From Octopus vulgaris (taxonomy: Eukaryota): a stretch of 64,000 nt of DNA. The notes below the pieces were generated by a model. The model made no database searches, was not told the DNA's origin, and worked only from the letters and a program-made list of their open reading frames with translations. The DNA lies in the NCBI GenBank assembly GCA_951406725.2, contig OX597828.1:43028001-43092000 (forward strand). The letters are read 5' to 3'. The position numbers and the translations under genes are program-made. How positions within the stretch are numbered: position 1 is the stretch's first letter; every line of letters starts with the position of its first letter. Below are positions 16,181 to 28,809 of the stretch, piece after piece.

Positions 16181-18328
16181 TTAGGGGCATGTGTTTAGAA
16201 GTGGTCTGTATTTATTAATAAGGTGGGATTCCATGGTTATTCGCTGGGTATGAGTGGCATTGTCTTTAAATTTGTAGAGGGGAAAGATTCTAAAATTGGG
16301 ATGGAGTTGTGCGGCACAGGTATCAATATGTGCACTAAATGCTATTTTTCTATATTCCTGTATTTTTATTTGGGATCTGTGGACAGTCATGCGTTGGCAG
16401 AGGCTATTTTTTGTTTGGCCTATGTAGTGTTCATTACAGCCCGAGCAAGTTAAGACATATACTAGGTTTTCTGATGCGCATGTGAAGTTGTGTTTTACTG
16501 TGAAACGTTGTCCTTGTTTAAAAAGGAATTCCGGACCTTCTATTAGGTTGATGCATATACCACAGTTGGGTCTATTGCATTTGTTTACTGTGGGTTTAGT
16601 TGTTGTGGTTGGCAGTACTTTGGCATTTGTTAGGATGGTTTTCAATGATTTGGGTTGCCTTTTGCTCTTTATGATTTCGTGTGTTAGGAGGATTTGGTTC
16701 ATTCTATGGTCCTTTTGTAATACAGGAATGTTCTGGAGGATGGTGTCAAAAGCTTCATTGTTGAGGGGGTTGTGTGTAGAGATGTATGGTAGAGTATGGG
16801 GTTTCGATGTAACAGGTTTAGGGCGTCTAAGTTCCTGCGTGCTGAGTTTTAGGGCGCGTTGGATCCCATTGTCAATTAGTGACGTGGGGTAATCCCTGCT
16901 TGTTAATGTGCCCTTGAGTTCTTGTAGACGTAAGAGACGGGTGTTTTTATTGGAGACTATAGTGCAAATTCTCTTGGCTAAGTTGTAGGGAATGTTAATT
17001 TTAACGTGTCTAGGGTGGCATGAATTGAAAGGGAGGTATTGCTTGGAGTCTGTGGGCTTGTAGTATATGTCTGTTTCTATTTTTTTGTTGTGAATTTTAA
17101 TGAGGATGTCGAGGAAGGGAATTTGTTGAGGGCTGTATTCCATTGTGAAAATAATGTTTGTGTTGAGCCCATTTATAAGAGTGTGAAATTCGTTAAGCTT
17201 CTCGACGGTTTCGGGCCAAAGGATGAAGCAGTCATCAAGATATCTCTTCCAGTTCTTCTCTATGTGTGTGTGGAGAGTGGTGCCAAATTGGTTAAGAACG
17301 TTATTATAGAGGGTGATTTCCAGGTATCCCATGACTAAGTTGGCGTAAGTGGGAGCTGTTTTCGTTCCCATTGCCGTCCCTGATTTCTGTCTGTAGAATT
17401 TGTTGTTGAAGGTGAAGAAATTATTCTCTAAGATGAATTTGAGTCCTTCTAAAATAAATTCCTTTTTGATGCGGTGTGGGAGTTCGTTGGAGTAATTATC
17501 CAGCCAGAATTGGATAGCTTCTATTCCTAGGTTGTGGGGGATGTTGGAGTAAAGATTGACTACATCGAATGTTACTAGCAGGGTTTGTTCAGCAAGAAGT
17601 GTATTGGGGAGGTGGTTGAGCATATCTAGATCGTCCCTTATGTAGCTTTTAATGTGTTTGAGGAACGGCTTGAGAAGGGTATCAATGAAGTTGCTAAGGC
17701 GGTGGGTTTCGCAAGCGGGACCTGCTATTATAGGTCTCAATTTGAGGTCATTTGGTGAGGGGACATTGATTACAGAGTTTGTGGCTTCCTTGCATGCCTT
17801 ACTTATTAATTCGCTTTTATGAATTTTGGGAATACCGTAGAAGAGGCTGGTCTTACTAGTGAAATTTGTGATGAAGTTGAATTCTTTGTTAGTGAGTTCT
17901 TCTTTGTGGGGGTTGATCAGGGTTTTTAAGTTTCTCATAATTTTCTGTTGATTGTAGTGTTCAGCCTTTTCGTAATATGTTCCATTTTCCAAGGTGGAGA
18001 GTGCTAAGTTGATATAGTATTCTGTCTCCATTAAGACTACTGCACTTCCTTTATTGGCCTCTTTAATGGTGATAGATCTTTCATTTTTTAATTTGTTTAA
18101 TTCTTCCCACTCTTTCTTGTTGAGGTTTGGTTTGGGTTTTGGTTTGTGTAAGTGTTGGTAGGGGAAGTTTGTAATGTGCTCACAGAATTCGTCTAGGATT
18201 TTATTTCTACCTTTTCGTGGGGTGTAGTTGCTTTTATTTCTAGCTAGTGACTCATCCTCATTGTGCTGGTCGAATAGTTCCTCACTAAGTCGCAATTTTC
18301 TACAAAATTCTGTAATGTCTTCCTTCAT
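16181..18328 (-). CDS. Penelope-like reverse transcriptase + GIY-YIG endonuclease (715 aa open; the true N-terminus lies upstream)
   Basis: RT motifs IKEANKG, PKIHK, RPIIAG, FDVVNLYSNI, QKSGTAMG, RYLDD, IPFLDI. Linker CNRPNCGIC. Endonuclease LVYVLTCSGCNEHYIGQT...RMTVH. Confidence 0.95.
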   Translation of the reverse strand: MKEDITEFCRKLRLSEELFDQHNEDESLARNKSNYTPRKGRNKILDEFCEHITNFPYQHLHKPKPKPNLNKKEWEELNKLKNERSITIKEANKGSAVVLMETEYYINLALSTLENGTYYEKAEHYNQQKIMRNLKTLINPHKEELTNKEFNFITNFTSKTSLFYGIPKIHKSELISKACKEATNSVINVPSPNDLKLRPIIAGPACETHRLSNFIDTLLKPFLKHIKSYIRDDLDMLNHLPNTLLAEQTLLVTFDVVNLYSNIPHNLGIEAIQFWLDNYSNELPHRIKKEFILEGLKFILENNFFTFNNKFYRQKSGTAMGTKTAPTYANLVMGYLEITLYNNVLNQFGTTLHTHIEKNWKRYLDDCFILWPETVEKLNEFHTLINGLNTNIIFTMEYSPQQIPFLDILIKIHNKKIETDIYYKPTDSKQYLPFNSCHPRHVKINIPYNLAKRICTIVSNKNTRLLRLQELKGTLTSRDYPTSLIDNGIQRALKLSTQELRRPKPVTSKPHTLPYISTHNPLNNEAFDTILQNIPVLQKDHRMNQILLTHEIIKSKRQPKSLKTILTNAKVLPTTTTKPTVNKCNRPNCGICINLIEGPEFLFKQGQRFTVKHNFTCASENLVYVLTCSGCNEHYIGQTKNSLCQRMTVHRSQIKIQEYRKIAFSAHIDTCAAQLHPNFRIFPLYKFKDNATHTQRITMESHLINKYRPLLNTCP

Positions 18329-18469
18329 TTCGTAGTAGTTTGGACGTGGGGGGGGGGGTTGGTGTGAATTTCAGACCTTTGGAGAGTAAGTTGAGAAGGT
18401 TGGGGTTGGGTTCTGTATTGGTTAAATTGATGACTTTAATTAGTTTATGTTTCTCTTCCCTGTCCTGTG

Positions 18470-18940
18470 TTATTTTGTTTGCCTGTATCTGTGTGCTGTG
18501 TCTAAAAAATGGTTGGGGTAGAGGGGTTGTCTGTTGGTGTTAGGAGGTCCTGTGTGTTTGTTATATTCCTTGTTGTGAAATATGGTTCGGGTTCGTGGTT
18601 GTGGATAGAATGGGGTGTTCCTGTATTGCGGGTGTTGGTGTGTGTTTCTTTGTGTTGTGATGGATTGTGGTGATATGAGTGGCCTGCGTGGGTGCTTGTA
18701 TCGAGTGGTATGGGTTTGTTGTGTATTGTGAGAGTTGAGAAAGTGAAAATTACCTTGTTGTCCCCTCGTGGTGTGGATGTTGTTGTGTCTATCCTGGTAG
18801 TGGGATCCTCTTTTATTTGTTAATAAGGTATTCGAGTAGTTGTTGAGTTGTTGTGTATAGCGTCTCCTTGAAGAGGGAAATTCGTTAATGTAATTCTGGT
18901 GGTGAGAGTTTCCAGGGTTCTTGTTCCTCCTTATGGACAT
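18470..18940 (-). CDS. Upstream low-complexity ORF of the Penelope element, overlapping the RT N-terminal frame
   Basis: Open for ~157 codons (N/H/Q/T/R-rich) from the (TA)n junction to ...[14 protein letters not shown]. The start codon is probably a junction artefact. Confidence 0.55.
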   Translation of the reverse strand: MSIRRNKNPGNSHHQNYINEFPSSRRRYTQQLNNYSNTLLTNKRGSHYQDRHNNIHTTRGQQGNFHFLNSHNTQQTHTTRYKHPRRPLISPQSITTQRNTHQHPQYRNTPFYPQPRTRTIFHNKEYNKHTGPPNTNRQPLYPNHFLDTAHRYRQTK

Positions 18941-19082
18941 ATATATATATATGTTTTTAACCATATATTTATATATGCATATGTATATATATATATATAC
19001 ATATAAACATGCATACATATATATATATATATATATGTATGTATATATGTATGTATCCATATCTCTCTCTCCCTCTCTCTCT

Positions 19083-19164
<82 letters not shown>

Positions 19165-19634
19165 CATAAAGGGAAAAAACAGTTGAAATTATGTTCTTAT
19201 CAAGAGGGTCTTCTGGTTATTTCTCTGCGATGACTGCTCGTCAGTGACGGCAATTCGAAGCTCAGATTGTACAACTTGTTAAGGAATTACGTAGGTTGCT
19301 TCAGCATGAAGGATTTCTCAAGGAGTCAAAGAGAGCAGCTAGGTTATCCGTTACAATATCAAGGAGCTCAAGTGACAGTGTTTCCCAGTAATAGTAGGGT
19401 GGTCAACTTCTCTTGGTTTCTAAGCTTCCAGATAAAATGCGACAAGGAAGGAGGGAGGATTCACCATGTTCTCGAATCTAAAGAAGATCAGGTGTTTATA
19501 TAGATCTTCTGGATATCTTCTTATTATGGATACTTGCTTTTACTATGTATAGCGACTCTTAAATGGATGCCTCTTACCTATGACACGGCTTTGGATAACG
19601 TTTAAATATAACATATTTTTCCCATTGTTTATTA

Positions 19635-19674
<40 letters not shown>

Positions 19675-19726
19675 ACCTTAAGTATATATATATATATGTG
19701 TGTATGTATATATATATATATATATA

Positions 19727-19762
<36 letters not shown>

Positions 19763-19778
19763 CATACATACATACATA

Positions 19779-19851
<73 letters not shown>

Positions 19852-19859
19852 TATACTTA

Positions 19860-20045
19860 AGGTTATTAAGCGTTAGGTAGGTTGCTATAGTCATATTTGA
19901 ACAAAATTCTGGGAAGCGAACTATCAAATCCTTTATAGATTCGTTAATATCTATACCGCTCAAATCGTTTGTGATAGCCAAGCCATCATCTCTATAAAAA
20001 TATGAAATGCGAGGCGAAGTTCTCTTCCTAAGGATATCAAAGTGA
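19860..20045 (-). pseudogene. Fragment of a second, different Penelope-like RT (YRDD type)
   Basis: Translation [10 protein letters not shown]...KDLIVRF...MTIATYL resembles the LYRDDGL...K.I...F...ITI region of PLE RTs. Bounded by (TA)n and (TG)n. Confidence 0.6.
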
Positions 20046-20438
20046 TATATTTGTGTGTGTGTGTGTGTGTGTGTGTTGTGTGTCTCTATCTCTTTCCCTT
20101 TCCTTCTTCCTTTCTTTCTTTCTTTCTTTCTTTCACTCTCTTTCTCTCTCTCTATCGAGGCATATACATGCATACATACATGCATACGTTGTAGTCAGAA
20201 ATTTCGTTACAAACGTATAGCACCTTAATTAAAGAGGTGAATCCATCCAATAATTGAAGTAGAAAGTTTATTAATTTATTTGAGTCTAAGTGACTCTTAC
20301 AGAACTATTTCTGTTCTTTTTCTGGGAATTCTCCGAGGATGCAAAATCACAAGTCACTTGTCATTAAGTCATTAAACGAATGTACATGCGGATGCGTGTT
20401 TATGTGCGCACGTTTGTGTGTAACACTATCTGTCTGTC

Positions 20439-20534
<96 letters not shown>

Positions 20535-20615
20535 GTACGTATGTATGTACGTATGTATGTATGTATGTATGTATGTATGTATGTATGTATGTATGTATCT
20601 GTCTATCTATTTGTG

Positions 20616-20646
<31 letters not shown>

Positions 20647-20679
20647 TTATATATCTATCTGTCTATCTTTCTGCTTATA

Positions 20680-20722
<43 letters not shown>

Positions 20723-20792
20723 ATATATATATATATATATCTGTCTGTCTATCTGTCTATGTATGTATGTATGTATGCATCTATCTATCTAC

Positions 20793-20919
<127 letters not shown>

Positions 20920-21178
20920 ATATCTATCTATCTGTCTGTCTGTCTGTCTGTCTATCTGCCTGTCTAATCTATGTATGTACGCATGTATGTATGTACGTAT
21001 GTATGTATCTATTTACACATACATACACCCACTCTCACATATACATAGATTCATAAATACTTACGTAAACTCACAAAGAGACATGCATGCCTCTCTTTTT
21101 CAGTCTTACTGTCTCTCTTTCTCTCTCTGTCTTGATACACTACGTTATTGTCTTTTCTTGTTTGTTCTGCTTTGTTTT

Positions 21179-21278
<100 letters not shown>

Positions 21279-21343
21279 CATATTTGTATATATGCATGTA
21301 TCGCTCTCTGTCTTTTACTTTCTCTCTCTATATATATATGTAC

Positions 21344-21378
<35 letters not shown>

Positions 21379-21445
21379 CATATTTGTATATATGCATGTA
21401 TCGCTCTCTGTCTTTTACTTTCTCTCTCTCTATATATATATGTAC

Positions 21446-21504
<59 letters not shown>

Positions 21505-22206
21505 TATATATATATGTATACACATATTGTGATAGCGGCAGCAACAAATATCCAGCCACTTACACAGCAATACGACCGTTAAGTTGAACAGTCGGGCTAA
21601 ACGCTAATTCAGTCCGGTCAGTTTAAGATCGTATTCACGCATGACATTCCATATTTCACACCTAACTGGATTTATCTCTGTCCATACCACAGACAGAGAT
21701 TACAGACAGACGCACAGACACACAGGCAGACAGACAGACAGACAAATGCACCACTTGGAAATTATGTATAGCTGACTTGATCGTCTATTTAGTATTCTAG
21801 CAGTGTTGTTGAGATTGGCATTGAAAGGGAAGGATAGAGAAAGAGAGTGAGGATTAGATGAAGAGAGAGCAAGAAGGAGAGAAAGAAGGAGAGATGGAAA
21901 CACAGAGAGTGAGAGAGTGAGAGGGGAAGTGCAGGAGGTCAGAAGTGCGTGTGATGTGACAGATAACATGTAGAGTAAGATAAATGGACGACACACACAC
22001 TTTTACACACATATGTATATATATATATGTGTATGGATGTGTGTGTATGTGTGAGTATGTGTGTGTGTGGCAAGAGAGAGAGAGAGAGGGAAAAGAGAGG
22101 GAGAGATATAGAGACAAAACTAGAGAAAAAGATAGAAAGAGGGAGAAAGAGAGAGAGGGAGACAGAGAGAGATGGAGAGGGAGAGATATAGAGATAGATC
22201 TAGAGC

Positions 22207-22261
<55 letters not shown>

Positions 22262-22338
22262 TTATTAAAGTATATGTGTGTGTATGTATGTATGTATGTA
22301 TCTATGTATATATGTATGTATATATTTATGTATGTATG

Positions 22339-22547
22339 TACGAGAGGTTGCTGAAAAGTTCCTGACTTTTGGTAAAAGAAAATAGAGGAAGATCAATTAA
22401 TTAAGATTTTATTGAACTTATTCCCCTCTCAGATTCACACACGAATGGCAGCAGTCCTTCAGTTTTCCTAAGCCCTCTAGATGATCTCGGACGGTTTGGC
22501 CTCCAACCAGGCCTTTAAAGCCAGGAAATTTTCAGCAACACCTCGCA
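22339..22547. mobile_element. Mariner-derived MITE
   Basis: TIRs TACGAGAGGTTGCTGAAAAGTTCCTGACTTT and AAAGCCAGGAAATTTTCAGCAACACCTCG, with TA at the left end. Confidence 0.75.
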
Positions 22548-23384
22548 TGCATATATCTAATATTCATCATCCTCATCACCACCACCACAAGAAATGGTTA
22601 TTATTATTGTTAAGATTGATGACTTGTCCATTACAAGACATTCTGCAGGAGAAGTGTTCCTCAGACGACATATAAACGAAGACATTTTTGGAATGCCCTC
22701 TTTATACGTCATAATGACTGAAACCTTGTTGATTGTGAAATACTTGATTACCTTAACGGTGTCCTAAAAATGTAAATAGAAATTTAGGACTGTGGAAACT
22801 GGCGAGATTGTTAGACTATCGATTCCAATCATTTGGGTACTGAGTTCAAATCCTGCTGGTACCTGCTTAGGAAGTAGACTGACTCCCTTCTTTGGTTTAA
22901 CAAAACTAACCGACCATTGGTGGCCACTGGAAGAAGAGGAGGTGGAGTTTTATATGTTGCTCTCTCCATTTCTTTAATCTGTCTTTAAAAAGTGTGATGA
23001 GAAGTATCGTGGCGTTGGAAATGCCATGGGCGCTGCCCTTTCCCATTTTAGCTAAAAAAAATTACCCCAACTCTTTATTTCTTTTATCCTTCCTTTTTCA
23101 AAGACAGCACCGTGTGAGTTTGGTTACTATTTCTAACATGTCGAGCGATTATATAAAGACTTTTTCTTTTGCACGAGAAATACGGTCAAAATGGGTAGGC
23201 GGGCGTCGTCGTCAATAGAAAGGAAGAAAAGTTTCTCGGATTAAGTACAGCTGATGATTGGTGAGATGGCTTTGGAATGTCGATAAAGATATTGGCGGAT
23301 GCTGAAGAAGTTGCGTAACAAGAGTTCCAGTCAGATTAACTGGAAGTCTTGAATTACAGCAGAACCGGAGAGTGGGAGAGAGGG

Positions 23385-23437
<53 letters not shown>

Positions 23438-23701
23438 GAAAGAAAGATGTATGGAAAGAGGAAAAAAAGTTGATTTTCTAAGAACTTTAAACTCCACCCT
23501 TTTTCAGATGTTAATCACATTCGTACTGAAATACATACATACACGCATATACACAAAAGGTCGCGCAAATGCTCAGGCGTATGCAGAGTTTGATATATAT
23601 AAAATCACCACCACCACCACCACCACCACCACCACCACCACCACCACCACCACCACCACCACCACCACCACTACCACCACCACCACCAAGAAAAAAATTA
23701 A

Positions 23702-23767
<66 letters not shown>

Positions 23768-23792
23768 GATTATTGTTGTTGTTTTTTTGTTG

Positions 23793-23930
23793 TGGCGTGT
23801 GGTTCAGTTTTTAGGGAGTTGGACTCATGATCGTAAGATTGTGGTTTCGATTCCTGGAGCGGGTGACGCGTTGTGTTCTTGAGCAAAACGCTTCATTTCA
23901 CGTTGCTCCAGTCCACTCTGCAGGCAAAAA
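23793..23930 (+). mobile_element. tRNA-derived SINE head (family D-like)
   Basis: GGTTTCGATTCC B box followed by TTGAGCAA...TTCACGTTGCTCCAGTCCACTC. Confidence 0.7.
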
Positions 23931-24142
23931 GGATTAGCGTCCTATCCATGGGATGTAATATACTACCGCAGAGTCCGGGAAGCGGCATTATGAGCCTGTG
24001 ACTCGAGAAGACCCTTTTAAGGCGGTTCGTTGGCAGAATCGATTTAGGGTTGATGAAATAAGTACCAGATGAACACTAGGTTCGGACGTAGTCGCCTTAT
24101 CCCCTCCCCACAAATTGCCGTCCCTATGGCAAAATTTGAAAC

Positions 24143-24248
<106 letters not shown>

Positions 24249-24404
24249 ATGATGATGATGATAATAATAATAATAATAATAATAGGGAGTTTAACTCACA
24301 AATTACAGGGAAAAATTAAATTTAGTATTAAATCAAATTTCACAATATATATATATATATGTGTGTGTGTGCGTGTGTGTGTGTGTGTCTGTGTGTGCGT
24401 ATGT

Positions 24405-25050
24405 TTGAGCGTCTGTGTTTGTTCCACCCCCAACATTGCTTAACAACCGATGCTGGTGTATATACGTCCCCGTAACTTAGCGTTTCGGCAAAAGGGACGG
24501 ATAGAATTATTAGGCTTACAAAGAATAAGTCCTGTGGTTGATTTGCTCGACTAAATGCGGTGCTCCAGTATGGCCGCAGCCAAAAGACTGAGACCAGTAA
24601 AAGAATAAAAGAATATATATATATATATATATATACATAGATACAGGTGTGGCTGTGTGGTAAATAGCTTGCTTACCAACCACATAGTTCCGAGTTCGGT
24701 CCCACTGCGTGGCACCTTGAGCAAGTGTCTTCTACTATAGGCTCCGGCCGACCAAAGCCTTGTTAGACGGAAACTGAAAGAAGCCCGTCGTATATAATAT
24801 ATTTATGTGTATGTGTGTGTGGTGTGTGTGTGCAAATGTATGTGTGTATGTTTATGTATCTGTGTTTGTCCCCTACCATCGCTTAACAGCCGCTGCTGGT
24901 GTGTTTATGTCCCTGTAATCTAGCGCCTCGGCAAAAATGTTCCGATAGAATAAGTATTAGGCTTACAAAGAAAAAGTTCTGAGGTCGATTTGTTCAACTA
25001 AAGGCGGTGCTCTAGCATGGCCACAGTCAAATGACTAAAACAAATAAAAG
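24405..25050 (+). mobile_element. Two family B SINEs (3' half plus a near-full copy with internal (TA)/(TG)n)
   Basis: Shared tail ...GGCGGTGCTCCAGCATGGCC...AGTCAAATGACTGAAAC...AAAAGAATAAAAG (consensus). Confidence 0.85.
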
Positions 25051-25094
25051 AAAATGTATAAAAGAAAGATATATATAAAGAAAAAAATGGGTAA

Positions 25095-25975
<881 letters not shown>

Positions 25976-26505
25976 ACACACACACACACAGACATATATA
26001 TATACACATATATTTGTGTGTATGTATGTATGTTAGTATGTATATGCACGCGCTCTCTTCCTTTACTCACACATTCACATAGACATACATGCATGACAAG
26101 CATGATGTATGCGTATGTAAAAAACAAAGCCTAGATTAACGATATTGTGCCCAATAGATATATTTAAATGTCACAGCTGAACGATACGACTGACTGTTAG
26201 TGTTAAACATGTTTATGCTTGCTAGCCTTTTCCCTCCTAATCGACGACATACAAGTAAATGTCATAACACGGCCCTCGCTATCACATCTACATCCGGTTG
26301 TTGTTTGGCGAGGCACACTTCCCTATGACTTAACTAGATCTGACTGCATGGGGGACAGCAGTGATAGACATTTACGTTCGGTTATGATGTCGTCGTCGTC
26401 GTTGTTGTTGTTGTTGTTGCTGTTGTTGCTGCTGCTCTGTTTGTGTCTCTAAAGTGGTTCACCAGTTATATGGAAAGGGTGGGTGGGGGAACAGAAACGG
26501 ATTGC

Positions 26506-26550
<45 letters not shown>

Positions 26551-26622
26551 CGGAGATGTACTTGCATAGCAAGTGACTTGATCTGAGATCGTGTGCTGGA
26601 ACGATGTATATATGTATATATG

Positions 26623-26752
<130 letters not shown>

Positions 26753-26947
26753 TAGGTGAATGAATTATCCTATGGTTATCGTCAGCATGGAAAATTCGTT
26801 TAACCGAAACCTGGGTAGCAAATTCACGTCAGAAACACGGTTGAAGCGACCTGTCAAGGGTAGAAACTCCGGGTTCATGTGCAGAAATGTGTGTGTTGTA
26901 TATGAATAAATGAAAGAATGGAGTCGAACGAAGGTGTTAACAAAATT

Positions 26948-27040
26948 CCTTTACTCTCGACATATGTTTCGAAGACAGCATGTTTTCATTCCAAAGGAAT
27001 AAAGGGTGCATTATGCAATCTTCTCATCAGGAAAGAAAGG
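26948..27040 (-). ncRNA. Type I hammerhead ribozyme (canonical core)
   Basis: Minus strand reads CCUUUCUUUC-CUGAUGA-GAAGAU...GUCUUC-GAAA-CAUAUG-UC-GAGAGUAAAGG. Stems I, II and a palindromic stem III all pair. GUC cleavage is predicted between 26959 and 26958. Confidence 0.85.
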
Positions 27041-27094
27041 GAGCCTCTCTCGACAACAAGACATATGTATATATGTATATATACATATACATGC

Positions 27095-27148
<54 letters not shown>

Positions 27149-27155
<7 letters not shown>

Positions 27156-27600
27156 TAGTTATCGCTAAACTAATATGGTAGTTTATAAATTTAAGACTAA
27201 AGCTGTCGCTGATTAGCTCCAAGAGGCCATCGCCTCTAGCTAGCTATATGACACACGAACCTGCGTCCATTATAACCTTCGAACAGGGGAGGTCAGCAGC
27301 TTCACCTTGCTGGTCAGACATCTGCAGACATGTTTCAGGGTATTTGCCTTTTATCAATGCAGAGTAGTCAGACCCAGCAGGTGTCGCTACCGACCGTCTG
27401 TTCGAAGATTTTATTTACCTAATTTCAGTGGAATACATCCACTTGTTTTCAATAATAGAAATATTAGAATTACTAAGTCTCTCTAAAGGAGATTACGGCA
27501 GCGTTACTGGATATTAATAGTTATCGCCAAACTAATATGGTAGTCTATAAATATAAGACTAAAGATGTCTGACCAGCAAGGTGAAGCGGCTGAAACCAAG
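27149..27600 (-). mobile_element. Non-coding retrozyme/pLTR-like element: ~362-bp unit, ~55-bp terminal direct repeat and a short inverted segment
   Basis: 27149-27205 is repeated at 27511-27564, and 27564-27592 is the reverse complement of ~27292-27322. Internal hammerhead present, with (TA)n on both sides. Confidence 0.7.
27322..27362 (-). ncRNA. Minimal type I hammerhead ribozyme, U3-A8 variant
   Basis: Minus strand reads CUGCA-UUGAUAA-AAGG-caaaua-CCCU-GAAA-CAUG-UC-UGCAG. Stem I extends into a longer hairpin (UGCUGG/CCAGCA). Confidence 0.75.
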
Positions 27601-27624
27601 TAGCTTGAAACATCGATGTCTGGG

Positions 27625-27697
<73 letters not shown>

Positions 27698-27717
27698 CAT
27701 ACATACATACATACATA

Positions 27718-27750
<33 letters not shown>

Positions 27751-28329
27751 CATACATACACATAGAAACTTGTGTGACTAGTGGTTTCGCACCTATAAAG
27801 CAGGAAGCGCATAATCTCTCATTCTTTTACTACTTTTTTTTTCTGGGACATATGAAAGTCGGCGAGCTGACAAAATTGTTAACACGCCGCACAAAATGCT
27901 TAGCGGCATTTCGTCTGTGCTTGACTTTGCTATTTATCCTTTCGGGCTTCATAAGATAAATACCATTCAAGTACTGGAGACTACGTAATCGACTAGCTTC
28001 CAACCGCAACATTTCAGGCCTTGTGCCTATAATAGAAAGGATTTTTCGGATATATGAACAACTGACCGATGTGGTTTGTGTCTGACGATTATATGTTTGA
28101 GGTGTTTTTCAACACATGAAACTATTTTTAACACATAAAAACAAGTATACTGTCTATTAAATACTATTTATCTCTCACCAGATGGAATACGATTTTTGTT
28201 GATCACGGAACAGTACATTACACACACACTCGCACAGATATATGTGTATTCAAAATGTGACAACGTGTGTAACGTTGGCGATTTTTTTCCCCTCTGTCTT
28301 CCCTTCTCTGGATCTTTCCTTCTCCTTAT

Positions 28330-28364
28330 GTTTCCGACGAAGAGCTCCGCTCGAGACGTTAAAC
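28330..28364 (+). ncRNA. Degenerate minimal hammerhead motif
   Basis: GUUU-CCGACGA-A-GAGC-ucc-GCUC-GAGA-CGUU-AAAC. Stems I and II are intact, but there are two core substitutions (CUGA to CCGA, GAAA to GAGA). Confidence 0.5.
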
Positions 28365-28544
28365 CCTCCTTCTTTCCTTCTTTCCTGAGCGTCCAATAAT
28401 ACTATATTTGTTCCACGTACCAGCGTTGTTGTGTTTTTTGGTGCTTTCTTGTTTGGATTAACTATATATATATATTTAAAATTTTTTTTTTATTTTATCA
28501 AGTTTCAGCTGACGAGCTGTGGCCATGCTGGGGCACCGCCATTT

Positions 28545-28548
28545 AAAA
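28545..28548 (-). terminator. Pol III terminator (T4) downstream of the tRNA
   Basis: Minus strand CAACTTA-TTTT, 7 nt after the discriminator base. Confidence 0.65.
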
Positions 28549-28555
28549 TAAGTTG

Positions 28556-28628
28556 CGAGCTCACCAGGATTCGAACCTGGAATCTTCTGATCCGTAGTCA
28601 GACGCGTTATCCATTGCGCCACGAGCCC
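28556..28628 (-). tRNA. tRNA-Arg (anticodon ACG)
   Basis: GGGCTCGTGGCGCAATGGATAACGCGTCTGACTACGGATCAGAAGATTCCAGGTTCGAATCCTGGTGAGCTCG, 73 nt. Full cloverleaf, 7-bp acceptor stem, intact A and B boxes, and a near match to metazoan tRNA-Arg-ACG. Confidence 0.96.
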
Positions 28629-28632
28629 TGAT

Positions 28633-28741
<109 letters not shown>

Positions 28742-28750
28742 TATGTGCAT

Positions 28751-28809
<59 letters not shown>

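Larger units (their letters stand above)
15317..18940 (-). mobile_element. Penelope-like retroelement (Neptune/Naiad-like, C-terminal GIY-YIG), probably 5'-truncated, inserted in (TA)n
   Basis: RT + GIY-YIG ORF, ~860-nt 3' region with a hammerhead-like motif, and (TA)n at both junctions. The subclade call is inferred from the Cys-rich linker CNRPNCGIC. Confidence 0.92.

Noticed and set aside
16181-16600. Selenoprotein-type recoding, as reported for some Naiad PLEs
   Set aside because: The ORF has no in-frame UGA, and the cysteines use ordinary codons.
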